Below, piece after piece: positions 50,601 through 64,000 of a stretch of DNA of 64,000 nucleotides. This stretch comes from Hamiltosporidium tvaerminnensis FI-OER-3-3. Its lineage: Eukaryota; Fungi; Microsporidia. The notes beneath the pieces were generated by a model. That model was not told where the DNA came from. It searched no databases and saw nothing but the letters and a program-made list of their open reading frames with translations. The stretch is taken from contig JAKIMF020000011.1 of NCBI GenBank assembly GCA_022605425.2, positions 558,001 to 622,000 of the forward strand, in the 5' to 3' direction. Both the position numbers and the translations under genes were made by a program. Position 1 is the first letter of the stretch. Each line of letters begins with the position of its first letter.

Positions 50601-53600
50601 TGATTTAACATATAATAAAGAAAATTACATTTCCAACTTAGTTAAACTCCCAAATAAACCAAAGTTATACTTTTTTTACTTGATTTAATTCTCTCGGTTT
50701 TCAGATATTTTAATTTTATTTCTGCAATTAGTCTCTAAATTCATTTTACTTTTAATCGATTATACATTTAAATATCTAAAATATGAAGTTTGAATGATTT
50801 TATAAATAAAATTGAAGGTTTTTTTTGATTTATACTTTAGTCTATGATGCTTGTTTAAATATCAAGTGCTGAAAATAAAATTGCTTTCGGAACATTTCCA
50901 ATTTCAAAGAATACAAAACTTTAAAACAAGAACTTAAGATATAAAAAATATTTTTTAATAGATATTATGCTCGAATATTAAACGTACTAATTTTTGATAC
51001 AAAAAAGTCAGAGAGGCAATATACAGAACATAATGGGAGATTCTGAGTTAAAAAGGATTAAAAGAACCAAAAGACGCAAGAACAAAGAGAAAGAGTTAAA
51101 ATAAATATTGATAAGAATTAGAAGTAATTAACAGACTAACTGAAGATCTATCGTAGTTTTTATGAATTATATTCTCGATGTATTTAGTACCTTGTAACTT
51201 TGATAATGTACGTTTTGATGATTAATATTTTTTATTATCTTAATATGAAATTTATATAAAATGATTTTTATTGAATTAGCATCGTTTAAATGTCATATGA
51301 CCAATAAAAAAACATAATTTCTCTAAAGTATAAATTTACAGACCTATTTTACAAAAATTCTATAATTTACAACCGCGAAAAACTATTCATATCTAAACAC
51401 AGTGAATGCTACATATAGGTTGGATGAAGAAGTCAATAAAAATAACTTGAAGAGCTTCGATTTACGGAAATAAATAAAGAAATAGAAAAACAATGTTCTC
51501 AAATAAAGTTATATTCCAAGAAAAAAGCTGTTTTCTGCTTTATCTAAGATAAAAATGTATTCCGAGGAGCAGAATATTCTGCCAACACCGTAATAAATAG
51601 GATAAGACATTTGAGCATTTGGTGACTCGATAGCAGAAAATTCATCGATTTGACTAGATTAGACGACACAAATAAGCGGTTGAATGCTTTACCTAGTTCA
51701 TTTGACTCGATACAAATATAACTTCTCTAAATGAAACATGGTCCACATTTTAAGACATTTTTTGAAAAACTATATGCCGAAATGAAAGTTACACTAGAAT
51801 AAAAACTGATATTATATTAAGAAAAATGTTCAAATTATTTGTGCTGGATAAAAATAAAGATATATTTGCACGGATTGAAATAGAAATTACTACCAATGAG
51901 CGAATTTAAATACTCCAAATCGAAAAACCAAAAATTATAACCTATTAGTCAATAAGATTGATCTTCATTATAAGCCTATATCTATATTAGCTATTATGTA
52001 AAGTCTGGGATAATTTTTGACAAAAAATCTTACAATTTATGCCTGTAATACTCAATGCGAGAGACGAAAAATCCACATGATCAACTAAAAGCACTTTAGT
52101 TGAATAAAAGGCCAAAAGGAATTAGAAAAAGGCTGAAATGGTGTTGGTAAAAGCATCGAGTCTATCAGAAACTAAAACGTATTTGAAAACAAGCCGGTAT
52201 CAAGGAAGAGTGTTTAGAAATTCAAAAACAAAAAATTACACCCTAGTTTTCAAATAAATGAACTACACTTAGGAACCGACAATAAATATAAAAGAAGAGT
52301 CTGACTTAGCATAGTGGGGTTTTGTAGTTAAAGAGATAGAAGAAAATGTTTAAAGGCTTAAAAACATTTTAATTCGGATTTTTTTCAAATTAAGTGAATT
52401 TTTCTTAGATCAAGTTATGAGCCAAACTCTTTTTTATTGCACCAATTTTTATACATAACCTTTTTATTCATCTTTTTTTATTTTGCGTATATTTTTTATT
52501 ATGAGAAACAAAATAACCTGAAAAATGAAAGGAACAAACATTATAATTTAAGAAGGAAACATTGAAAATACCACCTTCTGCAATAAAAACAATCCGAGTT
52601 GAGATTTCGCCCTAAAGAATTTATTTTATTGCCATGACGATATACTACAATATGATGATACTTCTATCGCAATTGACAATAAATTTTCGTTTTCTGTCAC
52701 TTTTCAGTACTATTTAAGCCGCTAATATAATTAGTTTTCAATTTTTATTCATAAAAGCTAATAATATGCTTCGTTAATTCGTTTGTTTGTTTTTGGAATC
52801 TTCTTTAGTAGACTTCCATCATTAGCATTGAATTTAACAGCAATTAACTTTATATTTGCCTCAACTTTATAGAAGATACTAAGAATTGTCATTATTTTAA
52901 TTAGAAAGTTGCATTAATATCGATTTTTAGCATACAATATCTTTATATTTACTTGATCTTCATTAATTCGAACTTTATTATTTCTTCTTCGTTTTCAAAT
53001 TATTCCACCAATTAGGATCCTGAAGAAAATTCATTATGTGAAGCATCATTCTGGTAAAAAACAGAATTTCTGCCCATACAGCGCCTTAATCTTCCATCGA
53101 GATTTTTTCCATTATGCTCTTTAGGTTTTATTGCAGCTAAGCGATTTTAAAATATACATAGATCCTTCTCATTTACCGAAATAATCATAATTATGCCTGT
53201 TTTCATAAAATTGTATGTTTGTATCATATAATTTGTTTTTTATTTTGTGGTGCCTTATTTTTCCGGTAATATGAGAAACGCCATAATAGGTATGTAATTT
53301 TGACAAACTCTTTTTAATTCTCTTTTCGTAAAATATTGGGGGCATCTTCGAAAAAAATGAGCTTATAAAGCACTTTTGCAACATCAGCTGCTAAGTTTGC
53401 TTGCAATGAAAAATCAAATAAAAAATTTGTGGTACGTTCAGAAAGCATAAGATTTATCCAAAACTGTGGTTATCCGTTGTGCAATTTCGCATATCAAAAA
53501 GACATATTTCAATTTGTATGAATCCGATGCGCATTATTGTTTAGATTTGTCGATTAATACTTGGAAATTGATATGATATTGAATCGTGATACGTAGTTAC

Positions 53601-54171
53601 AAATTTTTCTGTTCGTTCTGGCTCAAAGTCTCAACGTTTTTGGTTGATTTCTTGAGATATTTTCTCTATTTATATGCAACCAGGAAAACTATAGAAGCCT
53701 AATCTAAGCCGCATATCTTAATGTTTTTTATTACTTTTTTAACGATGGATTCAACATTTGCGTATATTACTCACTATTTTAGATTTTATATCGACTGCTC
53801 GTTTTAAAAAATTCTTTACTGTTTGTCATTTATGCCGGAAAGTAAAATTCCTTGAATTTGAAAAGCATTTTAGCCTTTAATTCCATATTTTTTCCCAATA
53901 AATGCATTTTGCATAGAACTTTTATTAATGAAAATATAGTATATTTTCTACTCTTAAATGAATATAAATTTAAAAAAATTGCTTCTTATTATAAAAAAGT
54001 TTTGGTTTGAAAATATATTTAATTATAAAAATCATTATTCTATATTTAATATTGCTATGGAATAGATTTTACATAAATTAATTCAAAAAAAATGTTCTGG
54101 ATTTCTTTAATTGATAATTTATTCAAATATAGTATATACTGGCATATAAAATAAATTAAATTGAAAACCCC

Positions 54172-55879
54172 ATGATAGTTTTGTGTTTTATCAGAAGTAT
54201 TTTTTTTACTGAGATATATAAATCTTCAGTTTGCTGCCGTGTCTCATAACATCCAGGTTCAAGATAAATGTCAGAATATAAATGAATCTGATGATCGAGA
54301 ATACAGAAAGGATGATATTGAAAAAAGCCAAGAAAAAAATTCGGAAAAAAGAAATTTAGACCAGGGATACAAAATTAGGGAGACATGCGTCGAAGAAAAC
54401 AAACCCAATCAGGTTTTGAGATTAAAAGCCATTAGTAATATCCCGACTGATGAGGGTAATATTGGAAAAAACGATTTAACAATGAATACTTATAATAATT
54501 GCGAGGCTATTCCTGCTCGAAATACCTATTTATTTCAAAATAATTATGAAAATCCGGCAGCATACTATAATCAACAAATTTATCAAAGCCAAAAAGCCCG
54601 ATCATTTAATATGTACGAAACATCCCCAAATAGATTTTCTCATTCAACTTCGACTGTATATCCTTGGTTTACTAATTATGCGCCCTCTCAATCTTCTTCA
54701 AATATTAGTTACGCCTACGGACTCAAGGCTTTTGTTTCTTGCATTCAAACAGATAGACTATTATCGGAGACCGAATTAGTTAATTATGTTTTCACCTCAT
54801 TAAATTCTTTGAATTATTTCACAAATTTTAGAGATCTTTTACCTCTCATCGAATATCATTATACGTTTAAAAACATCAAAAATGCCTCTGCAGTAATATT
54901 ACATTCAAGAATACTTGATAATATAAGAATCAATGAAATGCGAATTAAAAAAATTACAAAAACAGCGGATGAAGACATGCAAAGAAACTGGTCTCTTTTT
55001 ACTGAAAAATTTTCAAAAATAAAAATAATAGATTATGATTCTCCGTTGGTATCATTTTTTCCTGGAATTATAATGTTGAAAGATTTTATTTACAAATTGC
55101 TTTTAGGAAAGGTGTTACAAGACAGAAATATATTCAATATTTTTGTTGGAATGAAAATGATAGAAAGCTTACTCTTTTCAAGCAAAGAAATGATTTCTAG
55201 TTTTTGTAACGAAAACAGCTTAGACATATTTAGTTATGGGCACGGTGCTAAAAACATAATAAACGTTCACAAGAAAATGTTTTTTACAATATTGAAAAAA
55301 ATATTATGTAAAAACTTTAATTTGTCAAGAAATTTTTTTATTACCCTAAGAATTACCGAAATAGGATGCGATTATCTTAGTGACGATAAATTATACCTAA
55401 ACAAAGCGTATAAATGCCATTTTTTGCGTACTTTTATAGATTCAATATTTTTTTTAGATGATGTGTTGATGAATACTGTTTCTAACATCTATGAAAAAAG
55501 TATTATAGATGTAGATTTACAAACCGGATTTGTAGTTCATACATTCTTTGATTTTTCAATACTAGAAAAAATTGAAATAGTTCCGGGCCTTTCTCTAAAG
55601 TTTATTAAATATTATTTAATTTTGTTGCAAAAAGAGGAATTTATAAGTTCTGGAAATATCAATCAAATAGTTTTTAAGGATGTAATTGAAAATTTAACCA
55701 TCGAAGTAGATAATTTTGAGAAAGAATTGACAAAACCGTGTTCTAGCCAGCCAAAAGAGCCTATAAATTTGCTTTTCAAATGCTTGTGCATTTTTAATTT
55801 CATTATTAAATGTGGGTTCAATAGAAATATACATAATAGTCTATATTTAGAGCGGATATCAGAAATATCAATTTTATGA
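54172..55879 (+). pseudogene. Paralog of the 17081-18772 secreted protein with a +1 frameshift in a T8 run in the signal-peptide region
   Basis: AAAACCCC-ATG at 54172. Removing one T from 54200-54207 gives MIVLCFIRSIFLLRYINLQFAAVSHN, in frame with the 546-aa ORF and colinear with the paralog. Confidence 0.8.
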
Positions 55880-56236
55880 TTTATCTACATTAAAAGTTCT
55901 TCTTAGATTTTCTTCCGTTATTTCTTCTAAGTTATATATCTTTGATCATTTGTCATTATTCATTTTATATATTTTTTTGCATAAATTGATTAGGATGTGT
56001 TACAAAATCAGCATAAAGCTAAGAAAATGTAACAAATACGCTTGAGTGATTCACTAAGATGTCTGATATAGACCATAATAAAAGCCTTTGTATTTTATCT
56101 ACTTCTATACCAAAATAAAGTTTATTTTATGTTTAAATAGAGAGAACTTTTTGTGTATGGAGTCAATTCTTGTCGTATTTTAAAGCTATCCTCCATTTTT
56201 TCTGGCCCCATCTATTTTATATAATGGCCAGAGCGA

Positions 56237-56354
56237 AAATAACTAGAAAATTATTGAATTCAGCCAAGCAATTGTAAAGATATAAAGAATATAAATAACT
56301 AGAAGATTATTGAATTCAGCCATGCGATGTAAACATATAAAGAATATAAATAAC
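56237..56354 (+). repeat. ~56-bp tandem duplication
   Basis: AAATAACTAGAARATTATTGAATTCAGCCA...ATATAAAGAATATA occurs twice. Confidence 0.85.
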
Positions 56355-57578
56355 ACGAATACGTTTTCATTTTTCCGTGTACCTTTGTTTTTTAGAAGTA
56401 CTTATATAACTTTTTCGCCGTGTTCAAATATATTACATAATCTGTTTTGTTACGATTTCCTGAAAGTCTGGATCTGCAAAACAGTTTGAATATATAGAAA
56501 AATAAAAAATTTGTATTAAAGTCATAAGTATTTTTATATTACACTTTTCTTGCTTAATTATGCATAACCTTTTAAAACATTCCAATGCAGAAATATAATT
56601 TTATAGGATTTTATAATAAATTTTATTTTATTTCAAACTTAGAATCATATCTTAATCAACATGCAAAGAACAAAAATGCACATTTGAAAGAGCATAATCT
56701 TTTGTATTTTGCAAATGACAAAATTTCTACATTAAACCTGAATAAAAAAAATATCGAGAATAATTTTATACATTATATAAAAAGTCAATAAAATCATTTT
56801 TGCAGGATAAATTGTAATAGCTGCATTAGAATCGTAAAGAAAATGATCTAATATACAAAAAACATTGTAGGATAAGACAATATATCTCAAATATTTATAA
56901 TTTCCATGTTTAGTGTAAAATTCGTCTTTCTAAAATAGTTAAATGTATATTTTATGATATATATTATCATAATATTCGGAACTTATTAATAAAATGATTT
57001 TAACAGCAATTCTAAAAATTGGCATAATCCTTTTACACTCTTTTTCTGATGATGAAACATTAATTTAAATAATAATCCTACATAATAATATATTAATAGT
57101 CAAAAAATGAAGCAGGTGAAACAAAAAACATATTCAAAAGAAAGTTAAAAAGAATAGAATTTATAAATTTTGTTCGAGCCTTTTCTACTTAAATTCATAT
57201 TTCTATAATTTTTATTTTTTGATATTTTTTCTTTAAGTTTCTAATTAGTTGCTCGCCAAATTTCTTAAAATACTCTTTGCTGCTAAAAAAAGCATAATAG
57301 ATTTTTTTTCAAATTACCCTATCCTAGTAAGCACGATGAAATTTCTACTGTGTTTTACCAATGTCTATGGGAATACAAATTAAAGAAGAAAACAAGGGAG
57401 ACAAGATGTTTAAATAGAATAATAAATGCGGTGCCATTCCACACCAACAAAAAAATATTTCACAAAAAGCCCCTGGAAAACTATTCTATATTGATTTAAC
57501 AACAACAAATCCATCATTTTAATTCAATTTTTTTTAAGAAAATTAATATTCGTTTAATATTTTTCTTATCTTCTACAA

Positions 57579-60500
57579 ATGGCTAGGAAAAAAAAGTTCA
57601 CAGCAAAAAAGTGAAATAATAAAGGCAATGAAAACCCGAGAGCCAGTTTTAAAGAGATAAAATTGTGGGATCTTGATGTCGTAAACAATATTCGATTAGC
57701 TTCCGTCACAAAATACTATCCATACAAGTAGCCACTTACCCTCAAAAAAACTTGTTGAGCTGCCCTAATCTATTCGCTAAGGCCATACCCTCTTACTCAT
57801 GTCCCGATTCGAATGATTTTAGACTAGCAATACCATGAAAAGCCTCAATACAGCTATATTGCAGAATAAAACCAACCGATCGTATTACATTAAATACCTG
57901 AATCAGTCACAGCCGTAGAGAAAGACTGGCCTATATCTCCTATTCTAGCGAGGCAAAATATATTCAAGAGAATGCCCAGAAATGGCTAGTCTGCGATCCT
58001 CGGCTATTATAATTGGAAATCTGGCCGTAATGTTTATATCAATGTGTTAAGAAATTAACACAAAATGAAGCAGTAAAGTTTTAAGCCAAAAAAATGTAAT
58101 TCGCCGTATAATCGACACGTGGCTCGCCGAGTCATCTTTCTTAGCTGACAATACACTATATATTAATATGAGAGAAGTTTTTGTGCAAAATCAAGGAATT
58201 CTGCGAGAAGGAAATCGGAGATTTCGTGGTTTGAACTAGAAAACATCCAATGAATTCGTTGATAGTAAAGTTCTGGATCTCATTAATCGAGTAGTCGGAG
58301 AATATACCAAAGCTTATGTACCTCAGTCAATTACTGATGCCGCGTATATTATGCAGGCTGCACAAGTATGCTATGACGAAGCAACACATAAAGAGAAGCC
58401 TGGATCCGCGTCGAAAGAAAACATAGAAAATAAAATTTCTAAGGTATTACTTTCAAAAAATCTTCTCGAGAAGGCTTGTATACAGAAAAAGCTCTCTACT
58501 TAAAAACCAAAAAGCTCTAAGAGAATCATGTGAGAGTTTAAATTAAACCAAAGCAGCTTAACTGATTTTTCTATGGCTTGAAAAAAGAAGAATGAGTCTT
58601 TGAATGTCTACAAAAAGAAGATGTAAAGAATAGGAATCAAGTCTGAGAAGAGAATCATATGTTTGAGTTTTTCTGAAGTCGATTCTATTGTGAGATTTTC
58701 GAGCGAGTTTGTTCCGGCTTGTGCTAAATCGTTCAATCTCAGAATTTTGACCAAGATGTAGAAAAAAATAATGCAGTAGTTATTTTTGACGACAATTTCA
58801 CTTCTTTCTTCTCATAAACTCATCCATCTTGTTTCATTCACACGAAAAGATTATAAATGTTATAAATTGGCTGCTCAAATTGCAAGCCGCCGGATTTGAT
58901 GGTATCCTTAACTTTTAAATTCAAAAAATTACGAGTCTTTATAAATGTAATTTTAATACATTAGGCCATATGTTCAGAAGAAATATTTCAAGCGGACTGG
59001 TATGATTGTAAAATTTATCATCTGCTAACTAATGGTACAGCCAAGACTGGTTCTGATTATAAACAATCTGCTGTGTTTCGCCCTAATAAAATGTACTGAA
59101 ACAATCTTAAAGAAATGTGGGTTGATTTCGAAAATTTTTCTGTTCAAAAGAAATGATCTTTTTTGAAAAATAGAGCAAAAACTTAAATTACAAAATTGGA
59201 TCCTGAAATTATTGTGGCAAAAATATCAAAATAAAAAATTGATATTTCAGTAGGGCCGAAAAGACCCTGAACAAGTAGATTAATAAAGAATTTTCAAGAG
59301 CTAGACTTTGACCATTGGTGTTGGTGTTATGGATGGTTTCATTAAACCGAAAGCTTAATGAGAAATACAAAAAAAAGTGTCAATAAAAACGAAGGAAGTA
59401 CTAATTTTAATAAGGATCACCTTTTGATTAAGGAAAGCGCTTATTAGGCAGGATAGAAAAACAATGGAATATATAACGGGGGAAGTGCAACGGTCAATAT
59501 CTACAAACAATAATTAAAAACAACAAAGAGAAGGGTCAAGGATCAAAGTATGTGAACATACAGCTATTCATTTTAAGTAATAGACGTCTATGATATCTTA
59601 GAATAATAGAGTATATCAGAAAAATCCCAATACCTAAGTCATTTCAGGAATCAAAAATTTAATTTATAGTCTGAGTAGAGAGTTTTTACAGCAGGAGACT
59701 AAATTAAAAATGCTTATTGCAAATCATCGAGCAACATAAAAGATTTTCCCTAAAATTACATGGGTCTATTTTGACTTGAGCCGGTCGAATTCTCTAAGTT
59801 AGATTGTGCAATGCGTTCGAGATATTAAACAATAAGATAAAACTCAAATAATGGGTAAATAGCGTCAAATCTTTTCCTTTAAAGAACTTGTAAGGGGTTT
59901 ACAGTGTTGAGATCCAACTCAAACATACTCTTTTGCATATCTTCAGATTTATGAAAAAATTATAAGATACTTCAACCAGAATAGCAGAAGTTACAAAGTC
60001 GAGGAGGATATCAAAACTCAACTTGCTCTAATAGAAAAATTTTAAAAAATAAAATACAGCCCGAAAGAGGATGTCACAAGTAAGAAATTAAAAGAACCTC
60101 AACTAGCTGACTCATATAACAAAATAAAATACTAAGTAAAAGTTATACAATGCTGCAAATACCGAATTGGTAAGTGTAAATCACTCCTTAAGATGGCTAA
60201 AAAATTCAGCGTAATAACATTTGATGAAGATGTGATCTGCTATACACAGAATAGAAATGTATTATAGGGAGCACAAAATGGGACATTTCAATTCAAAATA
60301 TCTAAAAACAGTAGCCCATTATGCAACAAGATGTTAAAAATTTCTTGATTATGACTATACAGACGGCACAGGGAAGAGGCACGATGGATTCATTCGATCA
60401 AACAAAAATATACTGATTTATGTATTTAAAACGAATTAAGAGCCACTTGGTTCAGAAAATGCTGAATAAAATTCTGCAGAGATAATAGTAGAAATAAGAA

Positions 60501-61140
60501 TAAAAACCGATCTCGTATTCGAAATATAGATAGGATATATTCACTTATGACAAAAGCAGAATCTGATAACCCTTGTTCTAAGATGGATCACTTCCCAAGA
60601 ATCATTTCAAATCATGGAAACAGAGAATTTTGGGAAGTATGACGTTTAGAAAATTGTATATGCTTTATTTATAACTTTTAGTGTAGATATAATTCCTTAT
60701 GTGATGACCTGGGTCGATATTGGACTAAATATCATAAGACTTAAGTCAAAAGACCAAAAATATCCATAAATACTGTGATATATATGCAGTTGATAGTATG
60801 TAGAAGGCAGTCAAATATTTACTTTCTATCGTGGGATAGTCCCCGTGTCTAGACCAAATCCCGAAGATTTCTGTGAGAGTGTTATTGAAAAGGCTGTTAG
60901 GCATACACTACCAATACCTCGTTTAAAAGCAGGTAGACTTTGATAAAAATGGTGTTCAAATAGAAAATACAAAATATATCTTACCTTTTATTTTAGATGG
61001 CGTAATCACAATAAAGGAACCAACAATAAAAATAAAAGAAGAAGCGGATATAGAAGAAGAAAATATTATGGCGCAAATGGTGGAAAGTTATAATTACAAG
61101 AGATAAAATTTTTTCGCCCAGAAACTTTATTAAATAAATT
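57579..61140 (+). mobile_element. Decayed non-LTR retrotransposon with RT and C-terminal restriction-like endonuclease (R4/Dong-like grade)
   Basis: Fragments AAGFDGI (~58886), GSDY..ICC (~59050), an endonuclease-type region ~60520-60580 and IIPYVMTW (~60690). Many stops and frameshifts. Confidence 0.7.
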
Positions 61141-61199
61141 AAAACACCATTATATATTATTTTAAGATATCGATTGAGTAAAACAAAAAAAGTGTCATC

Positions 61200-62600
61200 A
61201 AGAAGTTAAAAATAACATAGAAAATATTACCCTAAAAGGATTAATTGGCATTTCTGAAAATCTAGTTAAATTTCTATTTTTTATAGAGCTGTGATAATTA
61301 ATCACAGTCATACTTCTAAATACGATTTTTTCTAATGATCTTCTGTTTTACGTAGCATTCTATTAAAGAGTTATCCTTACCGGTTTTCGCAACAAAATTC
61401 CAAAGCTTTTTTCATAGAAGCCAACCATTTTGCTATTTTGATTCTTCGGTTGTTATCGAAATATCTCTCAAGTAGCACCATATCCTTAGGGTTAAATTTT
61501 AAGCCAAAGAAGTGTACATCTGCATCATTTTCCATACCAGCTATATATTGTTCTCGATACTTAAACGAGAATATTGTAAAAATTTCAATTTTATTGATTA
61601 ATTATCATCAATATCTACTTGATTTTCATCAAATCATATTTCGATATTTTGATCTGTATTTTTCGGGTATTCCATTAAATTAAAGCATGAAGAATGTTCT
61701 TGCACAATTGATTCTTCTTCATATTATGCAGCACATTTGTCTTTGCGATCTCTAAAGCCCCGATTGTTATACTTATTGCTTTACTCCTAGTTTGATTGTA
61801 ACAAGTACAATTTTCTTAAATAAATCGATCCAAATAATTTTGCAAGTTATTCCTAGATTCATAGTATACTCGCGCATAATTAACTAATATAATCTTTTAG
61901 CTTGTTCCTGACCTTCTGAATGCATTTCTCTTACACTAATAAAAGAATTGTTGAAGTCAATACATATTTGTTTTGTTCGTTCGTTTACAAACATTTCCCA
62001 TTAGATTTTGTTGAATAATATGCGCACCTTAAAGAAAATATGATTTCCGAGCGCAGTTGCAACACCGGCTGCTGACATTGTTTACAACGGTAACCAAACA
62101 AAAATTTGGTGTGTAAATCTAGAATGTGTAAGACAAATCCGTAGCCGTTATTATTTGATGAGTTTTTCCACGTCTCAACAAGATTAATCTTAATTATTTT
62201 AAATGAATAATATGCAGTTATTGTCTGAATTGCATCATTTCGCTTCGATTGTTGATAGTGCTGGCAATATTTACATATTTTAACGAATTTTATGTTCTCT
62301 ATCGCATAGCTCTACACTATTTTCATATCTCTTCTTGGGCATTGGTTTATGCCAATATGTTCAGGAAGATAATAGCAGCTAAAAAATTGTATTGTGGTTC
62401 TTTATCATCTGCTACAACTCCTCTAATATTGTTATTAACATCTGTCGAAATACATTACTATTTTCGATATATATCGCCTATTAGTTTTAAAAACCATCGT
62501 TTCGAATTCAAATTCATAATGGATGGTAAATTTCCCGAAAAGTTTTAAGGTTTTAAAGTCTTCTAACTCTATATTTGTCAGAATGCATTTCTTTTGATAA
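61200..62600 (-). mobile_element. Decayed Ty3/gypsy pol remnant
   Basis: Minus strand: QICIDFNN (~61960), LAKLFGSIYLRKLYL (~61830; cf. L.GA.YFSKLDL), YLRDISITT, KWLAS and GKDNSL (RNase H end). Confidence 0.65.
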
Positions 62601-64000
62601 ACTTTTAACCTGTTTAAAACACAATATTTTTTGTTGAGTCACCACATGATTATATACAAAAACACCCAACCCTTCATTGAAAGAAAGTTGCAAAAAAAAC
62701 AGCTTTACTTAAAAGTATCTTGAATCCATTTAAATTTGGATTTGGAATAGGTTCGACAATAAATAAGCATTCTATTTGACCATTTCAGATTTTTTTAAAC
62801 CTAAGATTTCGCATTAGAAAAAACGAAAAACTATAAAATTAATGTATGAAATCTATATCGAAAATACAAAAGCAAAAAAAACATATATTTTGTATTTCAT
62901 TCCCTCTGATTGGCTTTTAAGTATATGTCTCAGACAAAAAATGATATATAAGAATTTCTCAAATATTTATTCATATTTTAGTTCATTACAAAAAATGAAC
63001 AAGATAGACAAACTAATCAGCAGACATATAAAATAAAAAAGAGTGACTTCTAAAAAAAGAACTACTATCATATTTTCTTAATTCATTATTTTTTACAAAC
63101 GAATGTGTTGAAGTAGAAGTTTTGAGGAAAAATAAAGTATTAAATTGAAAATTTCTACTCCATAAAAAATGTTTACCAACAGCCAAACAAAATAAAAATA
63201 CCGTCTAAAACAAAACAGAACCGAGAAAGACGCTGATATTTAAGTAAAATTCATAATTGCCATTCTCTATATTTTTGTTTTCAATACAAGGTAAAGGTTC
63301 TTATTTTAGGTTCTCGGCTGCAAGAAAAACCAATCGATTAAAGCACATAAATCATACCTAAGTAAGAAAATATGATATTTTTTATAAAAAGAAATTGCAA
63401 TGGTTTTTCTTGACAAAATTTTAAAAAATCTGAAGAAACCAAAACGGTTGAACTCTAAAATACTCTATTTTTTGTATAAATTTTTAAAAATAAAGAACGA
63501 AGCAGAAAATCGTTTGGAAAAATCGAATATGAATGCTTTAATATGAGGAAATATCTTATTAGATACTACGCACAGCCTCATATTTCTTAACAGAGACATC
63601 TTCAAACTAATGTATCTCAATCAATCCTACACACTAACCTTATTTCTATTCTCAAGCAAGTATTTATAAACCATAATAACTCAGAGGTTTGCGAATTAAA
63701 ATTCTTGCTTGTTCGTATAAAATTATAAAAACTAATCGTCCTTGTTTGAACTATGAAAACAGGGAAATTACTTGGAGAATTGAGAATATAAATTAATATT
63801 CAACAATTCAAATACAGATTGAATTTACTCGATTTATAGTTTCGGAAAATATAACTTAAATTGTCTTTCGTTTTACAATTTAAAATCGTTGAAGCGGCAT
63901 TGGTTTTAACTGATTCGAAACTACAAATTGAAAAAATAGTGTCATATAGATTATATAAGCAAATATATGTCAATATTCTAATTATGTGCAGATGAGCAGA

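Noticed and set aside
37910-53800. Short ORFs and possible decayed genes or transposases (37910-38272, ~38500-39900, ~42000-44300, ~49300-53800)
   Set aside because: AT-rich and heavily interrupted, with no motif I can assign confidently; needs a translated homology search.

Overview
Very AT-rich, gene-sparse eukaryotic DNA, most likely microsporidian (Hamiltosporidium-like). This is an inference from CCC motifs just before start codons, compact intron-less genes and secreted-protein expansions. Conserved genes are UPF1/NAM7 and RPN10. Lineage-specific genes are a ricin-B-lectin-like secreted protein, a frameshifted signal-peptide kinase, a duplicated ~565-aa secreted protein and a 230-aa secreted protein. 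Much of the rest is decayed Ty3/gypsy, Tc1/IS630-like and RLE-type non-LTR remnants. Two things stand out. (1) A 3.1-kb unit (32845-35964) is bounded by ~58-bp terminal inverted repeats and contains only a virus-like PrimPol(AEP + Zn finger)-D5/SF3 helicase gene, with no transposase, integrase or capsid; it is a candidate undescribed replicon, virus segment or mobile element. (2) Three dispersed non-coding retroposon (SINE-like) families show target-site duplications. One is a ~730-nt structured, possibly pseudoknotted RNA that shares a non-tRNA 5' head with a second family. All motif calls were made by eye; no searches were run.
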